Source: Planctomycetota bacterium (GTDB taxonomy: Bacteria; Planctomycetota; UBA8108; SXIK01). Taken from it: 64,000 nucleotides of DNA. Location of the stretch: contig OZ244999.1 in NCBI GenBank assembly GCA_965223265.1, positions 4,288,001 through 4,352,000 on the forward strand, given 5' to 3'. Of this stretch, positions 58,577 to 64,000 are shown one piece after another. The notes beneath the pieces were generated by a model, which worked only from the letters and a program-made list of their open reading frames with translations, ran no database searches and was not told the DNA's origin. Numbering within the stretch: the first letter of the stretch is position 1; each line of letters starts with the position of its first letter. The position numbers and the translations under genes were made by a program.

Positions 58577-60451
58577 TCAGTGGACGCCGCAGAACGACAC
58601 CTCACACTCTGCGAGGTCGTCTTCGGTCGGATCGAGATCGCACTCGCGTGTGCCCGGTGCCAGGGGTTCGTCACCGGAGACGAACAGGTAGTTGAGGACG
58701 AAGATCGGATCGCTGAGATCGACGTCACCATCGTCATTGGCGTCGGCTGCGTCGGCACAGGTGATCCGCTCGCCTGCCACGAAGAGCCCATTCAGGATCG
58801 AGATCGCATCGCTCAGATCGACGTCGCCGCTGGCGTTCGCATCGCCGCGGAAGAAACGTGTGCCAAAAAAACCGGCAGGCACAACGGTGACGCGTGCGGT
58901 AACGACTGGCGCTGCGCTCGGGTCGACGCGGTGATCCATGACCGTGAGCTCGACCAGAATTTCGTCCGATTCCTGGTCCTCGGTCAGTTCGGGCGCGGTC
59001 AGCTCCAGTTGCTCCGGATGAGGCTCTCGGATGGCGATCTTCAGCCCACCAGTGATCACCCAGCGGACGGTCCGCGGATCGCCATCGGGATCGAATGACT
59101 CGGACGCGTCGAGGGTGAAATCCTGACCCGCCTCGACGAATTCGGGCGCCACCAATACCGGCTCCGGGGCTCGATTCACGAGCGCCTCCGGGCTCCGAAA
59201 CGTTGCCGCTTCGATCGATCGAGCGTTCGGTTCGTCGCGCCGCCAAAGCATCAGCTGGATATCTCCCTCGCCGATGACCAGACGCGACTGATCGGAACTG
59301 CGGGAAAACGTGCGCGACTCGAGCACGCGGAATCCGGCAACGTGCGCGAGCACGGAGCCGCCGCCGTCCGTCGCGAGCACGAAGGTGTCGTCCTGTAAAG
59401 AGGCGTGCACGTCCGGTCGTTCACCGCCGAGAAGCGGAAAAGGTGTCGCCGATGTCCGCACGAAGTAGCGCCGCTCCGTGTCCCAGAAGAACTTATTGGC
59501 GTACACCGTCCGAGGTCCCTCAAGATCGCTGTCGAATGTCACCATCGCCTGCTGGGAATGTGCGTTGTATGCCACGGACGGACGTGACGCCGGATCGACG
59601 CGCGCGACTCGCCGGCCGCTGGAGAAGTCGTCGAGGATTTCGGTCAGACGAACTTCGGAATACGTCTCGTGATCAAGTCGAAACGTGACGAGTGGCGCAA
59701 CGCCGTCCTCGGTCACGGGGCTGACGCGCGAGAGGCGCGGATAGCGCCCGTCGGCATCCTCACTGTCGAGGTTGCTCGTCAGGTCGAAGACCGGACTGAT
59801 CGGCGCCGTGCCGGTGACCTGCGCATCGTGAAAGGCAAACGCTTGCGCATGGATTCGCTGGCGAGCTCCGTCGGACTCCTCCCACGCGAGCATGAAACTT
59901 GGCGACTCTGGATTCAGATCAGCGACGACATCGGGGTTCGCGATACCCTCGCCACCAGAGACGAGACGTGGGCCGGTGCCAAAGAGCGCACCAAAGGCGC
60001 CAACGCGACGAACGCGGAGCTGTGGCTGGGAGAGGAGCGGATGGATGCCACCCGCCCAGACGACGACCCACTCACCCCAGTACTGGTCGTAGGCGACGCG
60101 CGGATCGCTGGTGTTAGCGCCTGGCGGAGAAATGGCGAACGCGTCGCTCATCTTTTCACCGGCGTCGGTCACGATCCTTCCCATCACCACGTGGACCGGC
60201 CCGGCGAACGTATCGCTCTCCTCCTTCCAGACGACGAGCCAGCTGTCGTTGGCACTGTTGTAGGCAGCGTCAGGGGCGGAATCGGCCGGTCCAAGTGAAA
60301 GCGGGAACGAGTCGACGGTCTGGGAGGGGAAGTCTGCCCTCGCCGCGGAGAAGAGGTTCAAGACGATGGCGAGCGCGGCGGCGCTGACCGCGGCGCGGGA
60401 CCGAACAGAGCCGGAATTCTGCAATCTGTGAAAGGAATCGAACGTTTGCAT
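58577..60451 (-). CDS. Secreted beta-rich repeat + PKD/Ig-like + dockerin protein (paralogue 1)
   Basis: Same architecture as the other two; TLDASESFDPDGD Ig-like motif; FFRGDANASGDVDLSD dockerin. Confidence 0.88.
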   Translation of the reverse strand: MQTFDSFHRLQNSGSVRSRAAVSAAALAIVLNLFSAARADFPSQTVDSFPLSLGPADSAPDAAYNSANDSWLVVWKEESDTFAGPVHVVMGRIVTDAGEKMSDAFAISPPGANTSDPRVAYDQYWGEWVVVWAGGIHPLLSQPQLRVRRVGAFGALFGTGPRLVSGGEGIANPDVVADLNPESPSFMLAWEESDGARQRIHAQAFAFHDAQVTGTAPISPVFDLTSNLDSEDADGRYPRLSRVSPVTEDGVAPLVTFRLDHETYSEVRLTEILDDFSSGRRVARVDPASRPSVAYNAHSQQAMVTFDSDLEGPRTVYANKFFWDTERRYFVRTSATPFPLLGGERPDVHASLQDDTFVLATDGGGSVLAHVAGFRVLESRTFSRSSDQSRLVIGEGDIQLMLWRRDEPNARSIEAATFRSPEALVNRAPEPVLVAPEFVEAGQDFTLDASESFDPDGDPRTVRWVITGGLKIAIREPHPEQLELTAPELTEDQESDEILVELTVMDHRVDPSAAPVVTARVTVVPAGFFGTRFFRGDANASGDVDLSDAISILNGLFVAGERITCADAADANDDGDVDLSDPIFVLNYLFVSGDEPLAPGTRECDLDPTEDDLAECEVSFCGVH

Positions 60452-60542
60452 CGGACACTCCCGAGTAAAACTGTGAAGGCTCGAAACTCGTTTGAGGACG
60501 GCTCAGGCTCGACCCCGAAGGCCGAACCATCGCGACTCGGAT

Positions 60543-60571
60543 TCAACGACCACGAGCTACTCGAGCAGACA
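60543..60571 (-). promoter_or_regulatory. Putative ECF promoter TGTCTG-N17-CGTTGA
   Basis: 92 bp upstream of 60451, in the gap shared with the divergent ECF sigma gene. Confidence 0.7.
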
Positions 60572-60637
60572 CCCATCCGGTGCAATTTTCGAAAAATCTC
60601 GCCGCCCGCTGACGCCGTGATGGTAGTCGTAAGATCA

Positions 60638-61195
60638 ATGGACGCTTCGCCCACCGACTCAGAGCTCGTCAGCGCCCTCAACCGCGGCGACATTGCAGCC
60701 TTCGACGCGCTCTACGACCGCTACCGCGACTGGGTCTTCACACTGGCGCAGCGCTGGTCGAAAAACCACGAAGACGCGCTCGACGTCGTCCAGGAGACGT
60801 TTTGCTATGTGGCGCGGAAATTCCCCGGCTTCGAGCTGCGAGCCGAATTCAAAACGTTTCTCTACCCCGCCGTGAAGAATCTCTCCATCGCAGCGCGGAG
60901 AAAGCGCACCCGATTCACGAGCGGGACCGATCTGCTGGTCCGCTTCGCGATAGAAGGTTTCGAGCCACCCAACGGTGACGCACCGGAAGACCTACGCGAG
61001 CTCTTCGAGCGACTGCCGGAAGGCCAATGCGAGGTCTTGCTTCTACGCTTCGTCGATGACTTCACGCTCGATGAAATCGCGGCGGCACTTGAGATCCCCC
61101 TCGGCACCGTGAAGTCGAGGCTGCACAATGCGCTGCGAGCTCTCCGCGACGACCCCCGCACGCGGCACTATTTCGACCTCGACGCGGCCGATTGA
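60638..61195 (+). CDS. ECF sigma-70 factor
   Basis: GDIAAFDALYDRY, DALDVVQETF and EIAAALEIPLGTVKSRLHNA motifs. Confidence 0.93.
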   Translation: MDASPTDSELVSALNRGDIAAFDALYDRYRDWVFTLAQRWSKNHEDALDVVQETFCYVARKFPGFELRAEFKTFLYPAVKNLSIAARRKRTRFTSGTDLLVRFAIEGFEPPNGDAPEDLRELFERLPEGQCEVLLLRFVDDFTLDEIAAALEIPLGTVKSRLHNALRALRDDPRTRHYFDLDAAD

Positions 61196-61285
61196 ATCAA
61201 AAGCCTTTAGCGTTCAGTTGAGCTGCTCGATGCAGCAACAGCGCGCTCGTGCCGCTCTCGCCGTGACTTCCGTCATGACAAGAGC

Positions 61286-62641
61286 CTATCGGAGCTCCGT
61301 GATCTTCCGTTCGAGGAGACGCTGCTCGGACTCGGACGCCGTTTTGTCGCGAGCGGTTTCAAGGCTCCGTCGCGCCCGCGCCCGATCGCCGACCTCCGCG
61401 TACAGCTGTCCGAGAGTGGCGTCGACGAGGTAGTAGTGCTCGAGCAACTTGAGCCGCTGGAGGCGCTCAACCACCGCGATGGCGGCAGCCGCGCCCTCGA
61501 CGCGCAGGAGGGCGATTGCACGGTTGAGCTCGTAGACCGGTGACGGATAGTGCGCGACCAGCAGGTCGTACACCGAGAGGATCCCCTCCCAGTCGGTGGT
61601 CGCGAAGCTCGGCGCGGTGGCGTGATAGGCGGCGATCCGCGCCTCGAGGTGATAGCGGGAGATGACATCCCCTTGCGCCGCCTCACCGATCAACTGCGTA
61701 GCACGCGAAATCAACTCTCGGTCCCAAAGCGTGCGATCCTGCTCCTCCAAAAGAAGGATCGATCCTTGCCGGTCAAGGCGTCCGTCGAAGCGTGCCGTCT
61801 GAAATAGCATGAGCGCCAGAAGGGCCTTCGACGCCGGCGTGCCGCAAATCGAGTGCTCTACCAAGAGTCCCGCGAGTCGAATCGCCTCGTCGCAGAGGTC
61901 CCGACGGATCACAAGATCTGAGTGTGTCGACGAGTAACCTTCGTTGAAAAGAAGGTAGAGAACGACGTGCACCGAAACGAGACGGGCGGTTAGAGCAGCT
62001 CCAGCGGGGACGGCGAATTCATCCTCCGCCGCCGCAAGCTGCGCCTTCGCGCGCGTCAATCGTCGCTTGGCGTTCTCGGGTGTCGTCAAGAGAGCACGCG
62101 CGATCTCCGCAACGCCAAATCCGCACAGAATCTTGAGTGTCAAAGCGACGCGCGATGCCGCAGCCAACTGCGGGTCGCAGCAAGCGAACATCATCCGCAG
62201 CTGGCTGTCCGCCACCTCGGTGTCGAGGTAGAACTCCGGGACGATCTGCGACTCCGCGGCGACGAGTCGCCTCGACAGCTCGGGAGTCGACTGGGCGATG
62301 ACGCGCCGATGCCGCAGCACGTCGAGCGCACGGTTGCGCGCCGCGCGGTAGAGCCACGCCCCTGGGTCACGCGGCGCGCCGCGGATCTTCCATGCTTCGA
62401 GGGCACTGAGGAGCGCCGACTGAACGACATCCTCGACGAGATCGATGTTGCGGACGCCAAACGAACGCGTCAGGAGTGCGGTGAGCCTGCCCGCTTGATG
62501 GCGAAAGAAGTGGTCGACGAGCTGATGAATACCAGCCTCGGAAGATCCCGCACTCAAGGATGCTGGCATGGGCGCCGCACTGTGCCGACCGCCGGGGCGG
62601 CCTTCGCTCCGACGCGCGGCTGCGTCGCGCTCGCGCGTCAC
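61286..62641 (-). CDS. ECF sigma factor with C-terminal TPR-like extension (ECF42-like)
   Basis: VEDVVQSA, AWLYRAARNRALD, LRMMFACC, YLLFNEGY, LLEEQDRTLWD and TDWEGI motifs; coupled to the YciI gene. Confidence 0.92.
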   Translation of the reverse strand: MTRERDAAARRSEGRPGGRHSAAPMPASLSAGSSEAGIHQLVDHFFRHQAGRLTALLTRSFGVRNIDLVEDVVQSALLSALEAWKIRGAPRDPGAWLYRAARNRALDVLRHRRVIAQSTPELSRRLVAAESQIVPEFYLDTEVADSQLRMMFACCDPQLAAASRVALTLKILCGFGVAEIARALLTTPENAKRRLTRAKAQLAAAEDEFAVPAGAALTARLVSVHVVLYLLFNEGYSSTHSDLVIRRDLCDEAIRLAGLLVEHSICGTPASKALLALMLFQTARFDGRLDRQGSILLLEEQDRTLWDRELISRATQLIGEAAQGDVISRYHLEARIAAYHATAPSFATTDWEGILSVYDLLVAHYPSPVYELNRAIALLRVEGAAAAIAVVERLQRLKLLEHYYLVDATLGQLYAEVGDRARARRSLETARDKTASESEQRLLERKITELR

Positions 62642-63006
62642 GAGGCGTTGCAGCGATCGGCCAGCCGGCGCACCTCGACGTGGCCGCCGTACTCAAAGAT
62701 CGGACAGCCCTTGGCGATCTCTGCGGCATCGTCCAGACTCTCAGCGACGACGAGTGAGTAGCCGCCAACGATCTCCTTGGCCTCGGTGAACGGGCCGTCG
62801 GAGACGGTCAAGTCAGGCTGGACCATGCGGCGCTCGCCGACGAGCGCTTGACCACCGGCAAAGACGCCACGCGCCGTGAGTCGCGCCACCCACTCGTCCC
62901 ACTTCGCCAGGTGGGCCTGCATCTGCTCCGGCGAGAGATCGGGCTGCGTCGGCGCGCCGCCGCGGTAGAGGAAGAGATAGTCAGCTGAAGTTTCCGCTTC
63001 TGTCAT
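62638..63006 (-). CDS. YciI/DGPF family protein
   Basis: DGPFTEAKEIVGGY and VEVR motifs. Confidence 0.93.
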   Translation of the reverse strand: MTEAETSADYLFLYRGGAPTQPDLSPEQMQAHLAKWDEWVARLTARGVFAGGQALVGERRMVQPDLTVSDGPFTEAKEIVGGYSLVVAESLDDAAEIAKGCPIFEYGGHVEVRRLADRCNAS

Positions 63007-63228
63007 GAGTGTCGCTCCTGAATGAAACCTTGGCGTGCACATCAGTCTACGCAGAGATGGCGCCGGATCGGAAAAAAAGGTCGCCGCGGCGCGAACGCGC
63101 TGCGCTGTCAACGACTCCGCGAGCCCGCGACCTGCGCCTCGCCGGACGACGAGGGTGAAGCCGCGTGAAGACGTGCGCCATCACCGTTCGCGTCGCGGCC
63201 GCACCTTCGTCAGCTCTCCACGGGAGGC

Positions 63229-63588
63229 TCAATGCTTCGCCTGCCAAAGTCCGAGCACGGCCCCTGTCGGATCCTGGATCACGCTCAGCCAGCCGCAGTC
63301 AGGCACCTCGGTGACTTCCTGGATGATATTCGCGCCGAGCTTCTTCGCCTTCGCTGCTGCGGCTCGGGCGTCCTCGACGCCGACGTAGGCGAGCCACTGC
63401 GTCGGCGCGCCTTCCGCTGGTTTCGCCATCATGCCGCCGCCCGTGCCGTCCTCGACTTGGATCATGGTGTAGGTCATCTCGCCCATCTGGAGGCTCTCAA
63501 ACTTCCAGTCGAAGAGGGAACCGTAGAACTCCTTGGACCGTGCGACGTCGCCGGTGTGCAGTTCGACGTGTACAAAGGGATTCGCCAT
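63229..63588 (-). CDS. VOC/glyoxalase family protein
   Basis: MANPFVHVEL...FYGSLFDW...WLAYVGVED...DPTGAVLGLWQ; GGAG RBS. Confidence 0.93.
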   Translation of the reverse strand: MANPFVHVELHTGDVARSKEFYGSLFDWKFESLQMGEMTYTMIQVEDGTGGGMMAKPAEGAPTQWLAYVGVEDARAAAAKAKKLGANIIQEVTEVPDCGWLSVIQDPTGAVLGLWQAKH

Positions 63589-63771
63589 GGGAAACTCCTT
63601 CGGTTTTGACTCGCTTCGGCGCTGGCCGAGGCGCGTAAGGGTTAAAAAGCGCGAAAAACTGAAGCGATGACGCGCGGGCGGGCGCCGAGGGGACACGCGG
63701 ATTGTGTTTTTTCGCGTTTCTTTGAAGAAGGCGAATCCGCCTCCGGCCTCCAGGATTCAAGGAACACCGAT

Positions 63772-63941
63772 CTTTGAACGGAAGACGCGAAGGAAACGAA
63801 GACTACGCCGGAAGAGAGGACTCGGTTCTACGGTCAACTTTCGACCTGACTCCTCCCAATTCGTTTCCGCCGTTCCCTTCGTTCAAAGCTCCCTTCCTTC
63901 TCCCCACCTTCGTTTCCGCCGTTCCCTTCGTTCAAAGCTCC
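63772..63941. repeat. One inverted and two direct copies of a ~33-bp skewed repeat
   Basis: TTCGTTTCCGCCGTTCCCTTCGTTCAAAGCTCC at 63860-92 and 63909-41; imperfect inverse CTTTGAACGGAAGACGCGAAGGAAACGAAG at ~63772-801. Confidence 0.8.
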
Positions 63942-64000
63942 TCTCCTTCTGTGATGGACCGAAACTTTCTCCGGATTCCATGAACCTCCAATGGGCCAAG

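Noticed and set aside
61286-63588. VOC-YciI-ECF cluster as a novel system
   Set aside because: This is the established gene context for ECF42-type sigma factors.
63860-63941. Two 33-bp direct repeats as a CRISPR array
   Set aside because: Only two units, a 16-bp spacer, an inverted partner upstream and no cas genes.

Overview
GC-rich, gene-dense window, almost certainly from a Planctomycetota chromosome (DUF1501 next to a PSCyt2/PSD1 gene, DUF1080, many Tat-exported sugar enzymes, and planctomycete-type F-x-RGD-x-N dockerin domains). No rRNA, tRNA, CRISPR array, transposase or core housekeeping operon is visible. Main content: (1) a ~3,390-aa secreted TPR protein ending in a jelly-roll domain, converging on a coiled-coil/MoxR/DUF58/BatA-VWA/VWA-GATase operon; (2) catabolic genes mixed with ankyrin, LRR, HEAT, WD40 and TPR repeat genes; (3) PadR and YtrA-like GntR operons with visible operator palindromes; (4) three tandem ~625-aa dockerin-tailed paralogues, each with its own terminator and the same TGTCTG-N17-CGTTGA promoter motif, followed by an Asp/Phe-repeat lipoprotein and a TPR gene, and lying beside two ECF sigma factors; a separate gene encodes an apparently dockerin-only protein. 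Non-coding DNA holds a ~160-bp MITE family with YTAR target duplications (5 copies; two are identical and one splits a gene), GTAG-type REP/REPIN hairpins, a purine/pyrimidine-skewed palindromic repeat family, a compound hexamer microsatellite and a ~230-nt candidate structured RNA. All product calls come from reading motifs by eye, not from database searches.
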